A stretch of 47,787 bases of DNA from Candidatus Hadarchaeales archaeon. GTDB lineage: Archaea > Hadarchaeota > Hadarchaeia > Hadarchaeales > Hadarchaeaceae. The stretch covers positions 1-47,787 of the forward strand of contig JAWCKV010000002.1 in assembly GCA_038851565.1 (NCBI GenBank), written 5' to 3'. Numbering within the stretch: the first letter of the stretch is position 1; every line of letters begins with the position of its first letter. Below, piece by piece: positions 1-10,132 of this stretch. The position numbers and the translations under genes were made by a program. Under the pieces are notes generated by a model that did no database searches, was not told where the DNA came from, and saw only the letters and a list, made by a program, of their open reading frames with translations.

Positions 1-257
1 ACAGCGACCAGGACATCCCCAACCCTTATGGCCGGAGTTATGGTCTCCCCGACGACGTAGACATCCAGGTCAAGGTGCATGAGCCTCTTGGCGAACGCCT
101 TGACGACAAGCCCGGACCTTCCACCCCCCACGACGAACACGCGCCTTGCGCTCAGCAGGATCTTCACAAAGCTCTCAACCTGCGACCTGTTGAGCTTCTT
201 TGTCGTAGCCACGAGGTGTTCTATTATCTCCTCCATGGCCCTTCTGGTCTCTCGCAT
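1..257 (-). CDS. hxlB: 6-phospho-3-hexuloisomerase (PHI, SIS domain), 3' end runs off the window
   Basis: Not in ORF track; manual translation MRETRRAMEEIIEHL...RRVFVVGGGRSGLVVKAFAKRLMHLDLDVYVVGETITPAIRVGDVLVA carries the GxGRSG...FAxRLMHL...VVGETxTP PHI signature; SD-like GTGAGGG before the ATG. Confidence 0.9.
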   Translation of the reverse strand, partial: MRETRRAMEEIIEHLVATTKKLNRSQVESFVKILLSARRVFVVGGGRSGLVVKAFAKRLMHLDLDVYVVGETITPAIRVGDVLVA

Positions 258-356
258 GCCCTCACACTGAAGACTTCACCTTGCCGTTTTAAAGTTTACT
301 GGACATGGCCAAGAACATTTTATATTTTTCCGGGGCGATTACCACTGAGGGGCTCC

Positions 357-1757
357 ATGCTGCATTTGCTCGGTTTTATGATGTTCGTTATAGGAGGCGC
401 AATGTTTGTTCCGGCCTTTCTGGCCCCGTTTCTCAACGAGCTTTACCTCGTCCCCGCGTTTGCCCTCCCCGCTGTGATGGCAGTACTGCTCGGTTTTCTG
501 CTCAGGCTGGAGCGCAAGCCGTCCGAGCTCACCCTGGGAAACGCCATGGTGGTGGTCACCGCGGTATGGTTGATATTCTCTGCCATCAGCTCCATCCCGT
601 ACGTTTTGGTAGGCATGCCGCTCGAGGACGCCTACTTCGAGAGCATGTCGGGCTTCACCGCGACAGGGCTCACTATGATCACAAATGTCTCTGCGATGCC
701 GATGACAATGCTCTTCTGGAGGAGCTTCACGCAGTGGATAGGGGGGCTTGGCGTCGTTGTGCTCTTCCTGACGGCCGTTGTCGGCTTCGGCAGGGCTGCG
801 AGAAAGCTTTACATCGCCGAGGCCAGAGTGGAGTTGCTCGAGCCAAGCATAAGGGACACCGCAAGATCCCTCTGGAAGATATACGTCGCGCTGACCGTGA
901 TTGGGATAGCCGGGCTTTACATAGCCTCCCTCCCAAATGCCTCCCTTTTTGAGGCAGTCAACCACGCAATGACCGGGATAGCCACGGGCGGGTTCTCAGT
1001 CAGGAACGATTCTTTCGCCTCATGTGGAACCCCAGCGCTTCTGGTGATGGTCCTGATAATGATGGCCGGCGCAACCAGCTTCGTCGTGCACAAGAGGTGG
1101 ATGGCCGGAAAGTGGGGGGAGATTCTGAGGAACGTGGAGGTCAAGCTGATGTTGGCCATAATCGCGCTCTTCACGCTGGTCCTCACGTTGAGCGTGGGAG
1201 TTGGGAACGCGCTCTTTCAGGCGACCTCGGCCCTAACGGGCACGGGGTTCTCCACCTCGAACCTTGCGACATGGGGCGATGCTCAGAAGTCGCTCCTGAC
1301 CCTGCTCATGATAATCGGCGGCGGATACGGCTCGACCTCCAGCGCCCTGAAGCTCATACGCATGGTCATCCTCGGGAAGTCGCTCTACTGGATGATAAGG
1401 AAGAGCTTTCTGCCCGAGAGGGCGGTGGTGCCGATGAAGATAGCGGGAAAGGAGTACAGCGAGAGGGAGATGATGGAGACGGCACTGTACGTCCTGATAT
1501 ACATAGTGGTCATGATAGCCGGAGCAGTGGTGCTGGTTGCCCTGGGGCACAGCATAGTCGATTCGATGTTTGAGTCCGCGTCGGCTCAGGGGAACGTGGG
1601 CCTGTCGGTCGGGATAACCTCCCCCCTCATGCCCCTGATCGGCAAGGTTTCACTGATAATACAGATGCTGGTCGGGAGGCTGGAGATAATCCCTGTGATA
1701 GCGTTTCTGGGCTATCTCTTCTCCAAGATCCCTCGTCCATCCAGTAAACCGTTATGA
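357..1757 (+). CDS. trkH: Trk-type K+ uptake membrane protein
   Basis: Multi-TM protein with pore motifs FESMSGFTATG, GIATGGFS, ALTGTGFS, SAQGNVGLS and C-terminal GRLEI; start moved from 75 to ATG 357. Confidence 0.93.
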   Translation: MLHLLGFMMFVIGGAMFVPAFLAPFLNELYLVPAFALPAVMAVLLGFLLRLERKPSELTLGNAMVVVTAVWLIFSAISSIPYVLVGMPLEDAYFESMSGFTATGLTMITNVSAMPMTMLFWRSFTQWIGGLGVVVLFLTAVVGFGRAARKLYIAEARVELLEPSIRDTARSLWKIYVALTVIGIAGLYIASLPNASLFEAVNHAMTGIATGGFSVRNDSFASCGTPALLVMVLIMMAGATSFVVHKRWMAGKWGEILRNVEVKLMLAIIALFTLVLTLSVGVGNALFQATSALTGTGFSTSNLATWGDAQKSLLTLLMIIGGGYGSTSSALKLIRMVILGKSLYWMIRKSFLPERAVVPMKIAGKEYSEREMMETALYVLIYIVVMIAGAVVLVALGHSIVDSMFESASAQGNVGLSVGITSPLMPLIGKVSLIIQMLVGRLEIIPVIAFLGYLFSKIPRPSSKPL

Positions 1758-1786
1758 AGCGGCGGAAAAAGATGCCTTCCGGCCGG

Positions 1787-2377
1787 TTATTCCGTCCTTC
1801 TCGAGGGCGGGCGAACGAAGACCCTGTACTTATCCTCCCCCTTCAGCTCGCTCTCTATTCTCCTCGCTATCATGAGCTTCGGGTTCACAAGGCCCTTCAC
1901 CCTTCTCTCCAGGTCCTCGAAGTCCGCGAAGGGTGCCCTGTTCCTCTCCTCTATTATGCTCCACATCAGCTTCTTGCCTATTCCTGGCAGAAGCTCCAGC
2001 TGGTGGAACCTCGTGGTGAGAGGGGCGGCGCGATTGAAGAACTCCACGAACCGCTCGGGATGCTCGGATATCAGCGCCTCTATGGCAAAAGGTAGCTCCG
2101 CTTTCGCCGCTGCCGTGAGGTCCTCGTATCCTATTCTCCTCTTTATCCTGTCCACCTTGTCCCTCTCTCCCTTCCCTATGAACACCACCTCGCGCGGGGA
2201 GAATGTCACTCCCTCGCGTGGAACAACCTCCAGCAGGGTGAAGAACGTATCCCCCAGTATCTGCGCCACCGGTTCCCTCAGGTGGATCGGCCTGGGGTCG
2301 TTCGGGTTTCCCTGGGGCAGAAAATCCAGTACTACCCCCCTGTCCTCATATTTCTTCTCCAAAAAGACCGCCTCCAT
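1787..2377 (-). CDS. DUF655 family putative nucleic-acid-binding protein (OB + HhH)
   Basis: VLDFLPQG, FTLLE, RFHQLELLPGIGKK motifs; conserved position after rpoF. Confidence 0.88.
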   Translation of the reverse strand: MEAVFLEKKYEDRGVVLDFLPQGNPNDPRPIHLREPVAQILGDTFFTLLEVVPREGVTFSPREVVFIGKGERDKVDRIKRRIGYEDLTAAAKAELPFAIEALISEHPERFVEFFNRAAPLTTRFHQLELLPGIGKKLMWSIIEERNRAPFADFEDLERRVKGLVNPKLMIARRIESELKGEDKYRVFVRPPSRRTE

Positions 2378-2392
2378 CTCCCGGCAGTTCCA

Positions 2393-2731
2393 TCATTTCC
2401 GGTATCCGTCCAGTATCTCCAGCACCTTTTTGATTTCCTCTTCGCTTGGTTTTGTTCTCTCCTTTGAGAATATGAGATCGAAATCCTCCTTCTTCTCAGG
2501 CATGAAGTCCATTATTGCGACCGCCTGGTGCTCCTTCAGTCCCGCCTCCAGCAGCTTACCCATCAGCTCGTCCGCCTTCTTCGGATCTATCTTTGTGAAC
2601 TTCTGGGAGTAGTCATAAGTGAGCCTCTGCCCGTATTCCAGCTCCTCCCCCTCTTTCTTCCTGCGCTCCAGGATCTCCTTCACGCGCACCAGCGGGACTG
2701 TCCTTTCCCTGGCGACCTTTTTCCCTATCAT
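2393..2731 (-). CDS. rpoF: DNA-directed RNA polymerase subunit F (Rpo4)
   Basis: ELEYGQRLTYDYSQKF...AVAIMDFMP; between eL21 and DUF655. Confidence 0.92.
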   Translation of the reverse strand: MIGKKVARERTVPLVRVKEILERRKKEGEELEYGQRLTYDYSQKFTKIDPKKADELMGKLLEAGLKEHQAVAIMDFMPEKKEDFDLIFSKERTKPSEEEIKKVLEILDGYRK

Positions 2732-3024
2732 CCCCTCACCATCCTTAAATGCTCGGGTCTTGAGATAATAACCTTCTCATTTCCCCCGTCCTTAATTCTG
2801 AGCAGGTATGCCCTGCCCCTCCTGCCCTCCACCACCGCGACCCTCCCGTGATAGCGGTGGTGCGGCTGTCCTTTAATGACAGAGGGATCTATCATTATCG
2901 TGACCTTGGAGCCCGCTGGAAAATCCTGCATCGACCTGCTGGGGGGAGCCAGTCCCCTCTCCCTCGGGTGCTTGGTCAGCTTTCCCCTGCTCTTGCTCCT
3001 CAGGCCCTTTGACCTTCTCGCCAT
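2728..3024 (-). CDS. rpl21e: 50S ribosomal protein L21e
   Basis: SKGLRSKSR...GQPHHRYHG...RPEHL. Confidence 0.96.
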   Translation of the reverse strand: MARRSKGLRSKSRGKLTKHPRERGLAPPSRSMQDFPAGSKVTIMIDPSVIKGQPHHRYHGRVAVVEGRRGRAYLLRIKDGGNEKVIISRPEHLRMVRG

Positions 3025-3054
3025 GATAATCCCTCCAATAAGTTAGACCGTCAA

Positions 3055-4419
3055 TTATTTAAGCTGCTTTTTAGCCGCGCTCTCCTTCATGAGCTTGGCC
3101 AGCGGCCCCGCCTTCAGCCCCCTGCCCTTTCCGAAGGTCTTGATGAGGCGCTTCATCATTTCGTACTGTTTCAGGAGCTCCCTAACGTCAGACTCGCTTG
3201 TGCCAGATCCCCTGGCAATTCTCCTTATCCTTGAGGCGTTGATCACCTTCGGATTATCCAGCTCCTGAGGGGTCATTGACTGCATAATCACCTTGAACCT
3301 CTTCAGCTTTTCCTCACCCACCCTCATCTGTTCCTCCGGTATCGACATCCCCACTCCCGGAAGCATCTGCATGACCTTCTTCAGGGGGCCCATCTTGCTC
3401 ACGGCCTCGAGCTGTTTGTACACATCCCTTAGCGTCAGTTTGCCGCTCATCAGCGCCCTTGCCTCGTCCCCCTCGATCTTCTCGGCTTCCATGACTTCTT
3501 TCACCTTCCTGAGCAGGGTTTCCAGGTCCCCCATCCCCAGAAGCCTTGCCACAAATCTCTCGGGCACGAACGGCTCGATGTCCTCTATGTGCTCTCCAAT
3601 CCCTATGAAGTCAATCGCAGCGCCTGTGGCTGCAACAGCCGATAGAGCTCCGCCCCCCTTGGCAGTTCCATCCAGCTTGGTCACGATGATGCCCCCTATT
3701 CCGGTGGCCTGGTTGAACGCCCTCGCCTGCTCGCGTGCCTGCTGGCCTATTGTGGCGTCAATCACCAGCATCACCCTGTCGGGCTTTATGGCCTCTGCTA
3801 TCTGCTTCATCTCGATCATCAGCTCCTCCTCCTTCCTGTGCCTTCCTGCGGTATCCACCAGGATGAGCTCGAATCCCCGCTCCTTCATGCGCCTCACTCC
3901 CTCTGAAGCCAGCGATATGGGATCCTTGGCGTTAGGATCCCCGAAGACCTCTATCCCGGCCGGAGCACAGAGCTGAACCAGCTGCTCGTGGGCTCCGGGC
4001 CTGAACGTATCGGCGCACACCACCCCGACCTTGAAGCCCTTCCTGCCGAAGTACCTGGCGAGCTTTGCAACCGAGGTCGTCTTTCCAGAGCCCTGGAGCC
4101 CAACCATGAGCACCACCTTTGTGGACCTTGGCTGGATCGAGAAATCGGAAGGCCGTCCGAGGAACTTCGATAGCTCCTCGTAAACTATCTTCACCACGTG
4201 CTCCTTCCTGCTCATCCCGGGCAGGATTTTTTCCTCCAGCGCCCTTTTTTCTATGGTCTTGGTCAGGGAGAGCACCAGCTCCACGTTTACATCCGCCTGA
4301 AGGAGCGCCCTCTGGAGCTCCCTGACAAGCTCCTTTATCTCGTGCTCACCCACGTGTGACGACCTGGCTATTCTCCTTATAGCGCCCTGGAGGGCCATTC
4401 CCAGCTTTTCCAGCACCAT
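3055..4419 (-). CDS. srp54: Signal recognition particle protein SRP54
   Basis: GLQGSGKTT, DTAGR, TKLDG GTPase motifs and Met-rich M domain (SRIRRIARGSG). Confidence 0.97.
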   Translation of the reverse strand: MVLEKLGMALQGAIRRIARSSHVGEHEIKELVRELQRALLQADVNVELVLSLTKTIEKRALEEKILPGMSRKEHVVKIVYEELSKFLGRPSDFSIQPRSTKVVLMVGLQGSGKTTSVAKLARYFGRKGFKVGVVCADTFRPGAHEQLVQLCAPAGIEVFGDPNAKDPISLASEGVRRMKERGFELILVDTAGRHRKEEELMIEMKQIAEAIKPDRVMLVIDATIGQQAREQARAFNQATGIGGIIVTKLDGTAKGGGALSAVAATGAAIDFIGIGEHIEDIEPFVPERFVARLLGMGDLETLLRKVKEVMEAEKIEGDEARALMSGKLTLRDVYKQLEAVSKMGPLKKVMQMLPGVGMSIPEEQMRVGEEKLKRFKVIMQSMTPQELDNPKVINASRIRRIARGSGTSESDVRELLKQYEMMKRLIKTFGKGRGLKAGPLAKLMKESAAKKQLK

Positions 4420-4488
4420 GCGAAACCAGATTCCTTATCCTCCGAGAGGGTTAAATACGATGTTCATGTGATTTATGTAGGTCAGAGG

Positions 4489-5508
4489 ATGAAGGCGCTG
4501 GTGCTCGCTGGGGGATTTGCCAGAAGGCTTGGCCCAATAGGCGAGAATCTCCCGAAAGCCGTCCTAGTGGAGGGCGAGAAGAGCATTCTGGATCACCTCA
4601 TTGGAAAGCTCGAAAGGGCCGGGCTCGAGACATATGTGAGCACGAACAGGAAGTTCGCGGACTATTTTCAGGGGTACAGAAATCTCATAATAGAAGAGAC
4701 GACAAGGGAGGAGGAAAAGCTGGGAGCGGTGGCAGCCATAAACCATGCGATAAAGACAGCGAATATTGACGATGATCTCCTAGTGGTTTGCGTGGACAAT
4801 TACTTCTCGGATGAGCTCAAGGGCTTTGTGTCAAGCTTCAGGGGCGATGCGATGGTCGGTCTTTACTACATCGGAGACAGGCCGGATGTGAAGGCGGAGG
4901 AAATGGGGACCGTGAGGTTCGAGGGAAGCGACCGCCGTCTCCCTCCGGGAGAGGTGGTTGCCATCACTGAGTTCAGGGAAAAGGCCAGACCCCCCCTGAG
5001 CCAGTACATCGCGGTTGGCCTCTATGCTTACCCGAGGCGCATCTTTCCGCTGATCGAGGAGTTCTGCAGGGGATCACACAGGGATGCTCCCGGAACCCTT
5101 ATCCAGTATCTTGTGGAGCGGGGAGAGAGGGTTAGGGGATACCTGATGGGCGGCGAGTGGCGCGATGTCTCCCACAGGAGCTATCTCACGGCATTTGCTG
5201 ATGCGAGGCTCGTGAGGAGCGACGAGAGGTACGTGGTGTGCGACAAGGCTCTCAGCGATCACTTTGTTGCCTCGATAACCATCCTCAAGCCCGGAAAACA
5301 CACCACCGGTCACTCCCACCCGGTTGCGGAGGCCTACTTCTTCGTCGAGGGGATGGGAGAGATAGAGACGGATGAGGGAAGGAGGAGGGCTGTGGGGCCA
5401 AAGGACATCGTGCTGATAAAGCCAAACGAGTTTCACAGGGTTTACAACACCGGAAGGACCCTTCTGATATTCATCTCAGCGTTCGAGAGGTATGGTGAGA
5501 GGGGTTAG
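4489..5508 (+). CDS. Sugar-phosphate nucleotidyltransferase fused to C-terminal cupin domain
   Basis: N-terminal ALVLAGGFARRL...LPK motif; C-terminal GHSHPVAEAYFFVEG...FHRVYN cupin metal motif. Confidence 0.8.
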   Translation: MKALVLAGGFARRLGPIGENLPKAVLVEGEKSILDHLIGKLERAGLETYVSTNRKFADYFQGYRNLIIEETTREEEKLGAVAAINHAIKTANIDDDLLVVCVDNYFSDELKGFVSSFRGDAMVGLYYIGDRPDVKAEEMGTVRFEGSDRRLPPGEVVAITEFREKARPPLSQYIAVGLYAYPRRIFPLIEEFCRGSHRDAPGTLIQYLVERGERVRGYLMGGEWRDVSHRSYLTAFADARLVRSDERYVVCDKALSDHFVASITILKPGKHTTGHSHPVAEAYFFVEGMGEIETDEGRRRAVGPKDIVLIKPNEFHRVYNTGRTLLIFISAFERYGERG

Positions 5509-6317
5509 CCCTTCAGGTACTCCACTAGGGATTCAAATATGGCCCTGCCGTCGCCGTATTCTGGGCGAGGCTCTCTCGATGTCCAGTCTGGAAGCTGGAG
5601 GCCGTAAAAGGCCCTCTCCGGGTGGGGCATCAGTCCGAACACCAGGCCGCTCGGATCGCATATGCCCGCGATGTCCCAGTAGGAACCGTTTGGGTTCACT
5701 GGATACCTCCCCTTAGCATATTTTCCGTGCTCATCGCAGTACCTGAACACAAGCTGATCGTTCATCATCATCCTTCTCAGATCCTCCCTCTCCTTTCCCC
5801 CCCGGAGCACAAACCTTCCCTCCGCGTGTGCGACCGGCATGAAGAGCACTTCTCCTCTCCTGAGCCTCCTGGTGAAGACGCACCTGCCCCTGTTTTCGTG
5901 CCTGAGGTGAACCCACCTGCACTCATATCTTGCGGATGAGTTGAGCGCAAGGGCCGCCTGTTGCTCCCCATGGGCGTCAAATCCGGGAAGTAATCCGGAC
6001 TCGATCAGCACCTGGAACCCGTTGCATATTCCCAGTATGGGCCTCCCATCCTCAATGAATTTCCTCAGCCTGTCCAACATGGAGCCGAACAGCACCCTTC
6101 CCATGATCGCGCCTGCCCTTATGTGATCGCCATACGAGAATCCGCCCGGTATCACCAGCGCATCGAACCTCTCCAGGCCATCCCTCGCGATCTTCTTCAT
6201 GTGCACGATCTCTGCCGCCGCCCCGAGCTCGAGCAGGGCCAGCCTTGTCTCCTCATCGCAGTTGGTTCCTCCCACCCTCACGATGCATATCTTGGGAGCA
6301 TCCGGCAAGCCGCACAC
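5505..6317 (-). CDS. purQ: FGAM synthase glutaminase subunit
   Basis: GTNCD, PGGFSYGD, GICNGFQ, MPHPER. Confidence 0.97.
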   Translation of the reverse strand: MCGLPDAPKICIVRVGGTNCDEETRLALLELGAAAEIVHMKKIARDGLERFDALVIPGGFSYGDHIRAGAIMGRVLFGSMLDRLRKFIEDGRPILGICNGFQVLIESGLLPGFDAHGEQQAALALNSSARYECRWVHLRHENRGRCVFTRRLRRGEVLFMPVAHAEGRFVLRGGKEREDLRRMMMNDQLVFRYCDEHGKYAKGRYPVNPNGSYWDIAGICDPSGLVFGLMPHPERAFYGLQLPDWTSREPRPEYGDGRAIFESLVEYLKG

Positions 6318-6318
6318 C

Positions 6319-8673
6319 TCACAGCCTTATCCCCTCAAGCCACGCCTTTCTCATGGCCTTCCCGGATATCCACACGGATCTCCTCCCCCTGATTATCAGT
6401 GAATTTTCCCTCCTCACCGTCCCTATCCTCGCAAACTCGCACCTCATCAGCCTCTCGAATTTTTTCTCCTTACCCCTCCGCACCTCCATCAGGAACCTGC
6501 TGTTTGACTCGGAGAAGAGCAGGTGATCCTCCCTCTCCACCCCGCTGGCTGGCACCCTGCTCAGGTAGACATCCGCGCCAAGGTCCCCGCTGATCACCAT
6601 TTCTGCGAGGGCCACACCTAAGCCACCCTCCGAGAGGTCATGGCAGGCAGCAACGCATCCAGAGTCGATCGCCCTCCGGACGGATGAGAGGACCTTTTTC
6701 GCCTGATCCTTCCTAACGACAGGAACGCTTGATCCGGTCTCCCCAAAGAGCCCGTAGTACTCCGATCCGCCAAGCTCCGGATAGGTCCTGCCCACTATGT
6801 AGATGGCATCCCCGGGCCTTTTCAGGTCCACCGTGACCGCTTTCCCCACGTTGGGAATTATCCCCAGCGCGGTTATCAGGAGGGTCGGGGCCACTGGCCC
6901 CAGAGGCGACTCGTTGTAAAGGCTGTCCTTTCCGGATATGAAGGGCGCCCCGAACAGCACCGAGAAGTCATGGCAGGCCTCGCACGCCCTGAGGAGAGAG
7001 GCAAGCTGTTCTGGTTTCTCCGGATTTCCCCAAACAAAGTTGTCCAGCAGCGCGATCCTCCTGCCTCCAACCGCAATGTTGTTCCTGATCGCCTCCTCAA
7101 TGCTCGAGGCGGCCATCCAGTACGGATCCACCTTCCCGTATCTGGGCTTTATTCCGCAGGAGATCACCACGCCCCTCTTGGAGTCCGGAAGGGGCTTTAT
7201 CACGGCCGCGTCGTTCGGCCCGCCGTATCTTCCGTGCAGCGGCTTTATCGCTGTTCCTCCCTGGACCTCGTGGTCGTACGTCCTCACCACGCTTTCCCTG
7301 CTTGCTATGTTTGGGGAGGAGAGGAGCCTGAGCAAAATCCTCCCCATGTCCCTGGGCTCCGCGATGGATGGCTCCGGCGGCTTCCTCTCCTGGAACTTCA
7401 CCTCTCTCTCGGGTAGGGGCGGTGAGAACAGGAATTCCAGGTTCAGGCTCATCACCTGGTATCCCCTGTACAGCACCTTGGCCCTTCTCCCGGCCTCAAA
7501 CCTCCCGACTACTGTTGCCTCCACATCCTCATCCGAGAACACGGAGAGAACCTCATCAACTTTTTTCTCCGGCACGGAGAGCAGCATCCTCTCTTGGGAC
7601 TCTGAGATCCATATCTCCCAGGGCCGCATTTCCTCGTACTTGAGCGGCACCCTTTCGAGTTCCACCGTCACGCCGCACCCGGACCTGTTCGCCACCTCGC
7701 ATGCCGCGCAGGAGAGGCCGCCTCCCCCCAGGTCTGTGATTCCGGAGGCGAGCCCCCTGTCCCTTATCTCAAGAATTGCCCTCTTCAGCTTCTCCTCCTG
7801 AATGGGGTCGGGTATCTGCACGGCCGGCCTGTGAACCTCCTCGGATCTTTCCGTGAGCTCGGCTGAGGCGAATGTCACTCCGTGTATTCCGTCCCTCCCT
7901 GTCCTGCCGCCTGCCAGCACGGCCAGATCCCCAGGCTGGGTGTTCCTCACATATCTGCGCACGGGAAGCAGTCCCACGCATCCGCAGTACACAACCGGGT
8001 TCCCCACGTAGCTCTCATCGAAGCATATGGCCCCTGAGACGGTCGGGATGCCCATGTTGTTGCCATAGCAACCTATGCCGGCCACCACCCCTCTAAATAT
8101 GTATCTCGGGTGCTTCATTCCAGCAGGAAGCGTGCCTGAGTAGTCAAGCGGGCCGAACCCCAGCACATCGGTGTTCGCGATCGGCTTCGCCCAAACCCCC
8201 AGTATGTCCCTTATTACCCCCCCCACCCCGGTCGCGGCTCCCCCGAAGGGCTCTATGGCGGAGGGATGGTTGTGTGTCTCCACCTTGATGGCTATCGCGT
8301 AATCGCGCTCGAAGGAGACTATCCCCGCGTTGTCCTCAAAGACCGAGATACACCATTTCGGCGAGAGCCTCCGCGTGGCTCCAGATATGAAATCCCTAAA
8401 GAGGCGAACCTCCCTCCCGTCCACTTTTATCCTGCCCTTGAATGTCTTGTGGTAGCAGTGTTCTGACCAGGTCTGGCCTATCGTCTGCAGCTCAACGTCA
8501 GTCGCCATTCTTCCCTCTCTGCGGAAGTACTCCCTGCACGATCTCATCTCCTGAAGGTTGAGCGCCAGCCCGAGATCTCCACTTATCCTCATCAGCTCCC
8601 CGTCGTCGGCTCCTGCGATGTCGAACTCGTAGAGCTCGAAGGGAAGGTCCAACCTCCTTTGGATCTCGCTCAC
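6319..8673 (-). CDS. purL: FGAM synthase large subunit
   Basis: WSEHCYHK, ETHNHPS, DLGGGG, SESQERM, HDLSEGG. Confidence 0.97.
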   Translation of the reverse strand: MSEIQRRLDLPFELYEFDIAGADDGELMRISGDLGLALNLQEMRSCREYFRREGRMATDVELQTIGQTWSEHCYHKTFKGRIKVDGREVRLFRDFISGATRRLSPKWCISVFEDNAGIVSFERDYAIAIKVETHNHPSAIEPFGGAATGVGGVIRDILGVWAKPIANTDVLGFGPLDYSGTLPAGMKHPRYIFRGVVAGIGCYGNNMGIPTVSGAICFDESYVGNPVVYCGCVGLLPVRRYVRNTQPGDLAVLAGGRTGRDGIHGVTFASAELTERSEEVHRPAVQIPDPIQEEKLKRAILEIRDRGLASGITDLGGGGLSCAACEVANRSGCGVTVELERVPLKYEEMRPWEIWISESQERMLLSVPEKKVDEVLSVFSDEDVEATVVGRFEAGRRAKVLYRGYQVMSLNLEFLFSPPLPEREVKFQERKPPEPSIAEPRDMGRILLRLLSSPNIASRESVVRTYDHEVQGGTAIKPLHGRYGGPNDAAVIKPLPDSKRGVVISCGIKPRYGKVDPYWMAASSIEEAIRNNIAVGGRRIALLDNFVWGNPEKPEQLASLLRACEACHDFSVLFGAPFISGKDSLYNESPLGPVAPTLLITALGIIPNVGKAVTVDLKRPGDAIYIVGRTYPELGGSEYYGLFGETGSSVPVVRKDQAKKVLSSVRRAIDSGCVAACHDLSEGGLGVALAEMVISGDLGADVYLSRVPASGVEREDHLLFSESNSRFLMEVRRGKEKKFERLMRCEFARIGTVRRENSLIIRGRRSVWISGKAMRKAWLEGIRL

Positions 8674-8924
8674 CCCTCCTCAGTTATCTCGAAGGAGTAC
8701 TCGTCCTTGACCGGGTTTGAGAGAAGTCTTCTGCACATCTCCTCGGCGATTCTCCTCGCCTCCTCCTTTGAGGCAGCGGAGAACCTTATCTCATATACCC
8801 TAGACGTCCCAACACTTGATACAGAATATCCGAGATAGGAGAGCGCCCCCTTTACAGTCTCGCCCTCGGGGTCGAGGTACCCCGCCTTCAACTTTACCTC
8901 TATCCGCGCCCTGAAGGACTTCAA
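8670..8924 (-). CDS. purS: FGAM synthase PurS subunit
   Basis: LDPEG...LLSNPV; overlaps purL start. Confidence 0.95.
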   Translation of the reverse strand: MKSFRARIEVKLKAGYLDPEGETVKGALSYLGYSVSSVGTSRVYEIRFSAASKEEARRIAEEMCRRLLSNPVKDEYSFEITEEG

Positions 8925-8928
8925 TTTA

Positions 8929-10080
8929 TCACCAGTACACGAATTTTCCGTGTTCGCTCTTCACCGTTAGCGTGTTTCTCGCTTTTCCTTTTTCGCACCT
9001 GCCTATCACCTTGGCGCCGAGCCCGAACCTCTCTGCGGTTGAGAGCACCTCGTCCGCGAATTGCTCCCTGACCACTATCTCGAACCCCACTCCCATGTTG
9101 AAGTCCTCATACATTTCCCTCCAGTCCACCTTTGATTCCCTCTGGATGAGCAGGAATATGGGGTCCGGCTCAAATAGGTCGTCCTTCACGTATGATATTC
9201 TCTTGCCGAGCCTGAGACATTTTGTCAGACCCCCACCGGTGTTGTGGACGAGGCCGCTCACCCCTTTTCCAACCTTCCTAAGGACCTCCACCACAACGGG
9301 TGCAAAGATCCTGGTCGGAGAGAGGATGGCCTCCCCCGCTGTCATGTGAAGTTCGTCGACGTATTCGTCTGGTCCATACCTGCCGTAGTAACCTCTGCCA
9401 ACGTCCCCGGCTATCTCAGGATACTTTTTACAGTACTCGGCCTTCATGAGACAGTGTCTGGCCAGAGTTATCCCATTGCACATTATTCCGCTGTTTTCCG
9501 CCCTCTCGTATTTTGTCTTCCCCCCGCTCCTCAGCCCCACGATGAGGTCTCCCGGCCTTATACCATCGCCTCCTACGATCTTCGATAGGTCGACGGAGGC
9601 GCTGATGGTTCCGGAGACATCCAGCGTTCTGACCTGGTCTGGCAGGTCCGCAGTTTCTCCCCCAAGGAAGTGTAGTCTCATCCCGAACCTCCTGAGGAGG
9701 GAGAGGCATTTCCTGAATCCCCTGCCTATCTCCTTCAAAACGGTTTCCTTCGGGACCCTGAACGGGTTGATGGCCAAGTAGTCCACGAGGTTTGCATCCG
9801 AGGCCCCCACACAGATCACGTCGTCTAAGTTCATCGCCACCACGTCCTGCGCCAGCCCCAGAAACCAGGCGGTCTCCCCAGTCTCCCTCCACTGCAGGTA
9901 GCTCTGCACCGGCTTGCTGCCCGCGCCGTCTGTGTGCAGAACTATTCCGCGGTTCTTTGAGATGGGATCCCTCAGCACCGGACAGAATGCCAGAGGAAAG
10001 GCGTTTTCGATGAGGCGCCTGAAGCCCTCCACCCCCCTCTTCTTCACGTCAACCCCCACCTCCGCATACCTGGAGCCCAT
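8929..10080 (-). CDS. purM: AIR synthase (phosphoribosylformylglycinamidine cyclo-ligase)
   Basis: YAEVGVD, TDGAGSK, AMNLDD, GGETAD, HNTGGG, FNMGVG. Confidence 0.93.
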   Translation of the reverse strand: MGSRYAEVGVDVKKRGVEGFRRLIENAFPLAFCPVLRDPISKNRGIVLHTDGAGSKPVQSYLQWRETGETAWFLGLAQDVVAMNLDDVICVGASDANLVDYLAINPFRVPKETVLKEIGRGFRKCLSLLRRFGMRLHFLGGETADLPDQVRTLDVSGTISASVDLSKIVGGDGIRPGDLIVGLRSGGKTKYERAENSGIMCNGITLARHCLMKAEYCKKYPEIAGDVGRGYYGRYGPDEYVDELHMTAGEAILSPTRIFAPVVVEVLRKVGKGVSGLVHNTGGGLTKCLRLGKRISYVKDDLFEPDPIFLLIQRESKVDWREMYEDFNMGVGFEIVVREQFADEVLSTAERFGLGAKVIGRCEKGKARNTLTVKSEHGKFVYW

Positions 10081-10132
10081 GGACACCACTCTCAACTAAT
10101 ATTGGAGGTTAAAAACAGTTGGCTGGGCCGTG

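Noticed and set aside
75-356. 94-aa N-terminal extension of TrkH in the ORF track
   Set aside because: It overlaps the antisense hxlB gene and the divergent promoter region; TrkH homology begins at about 357
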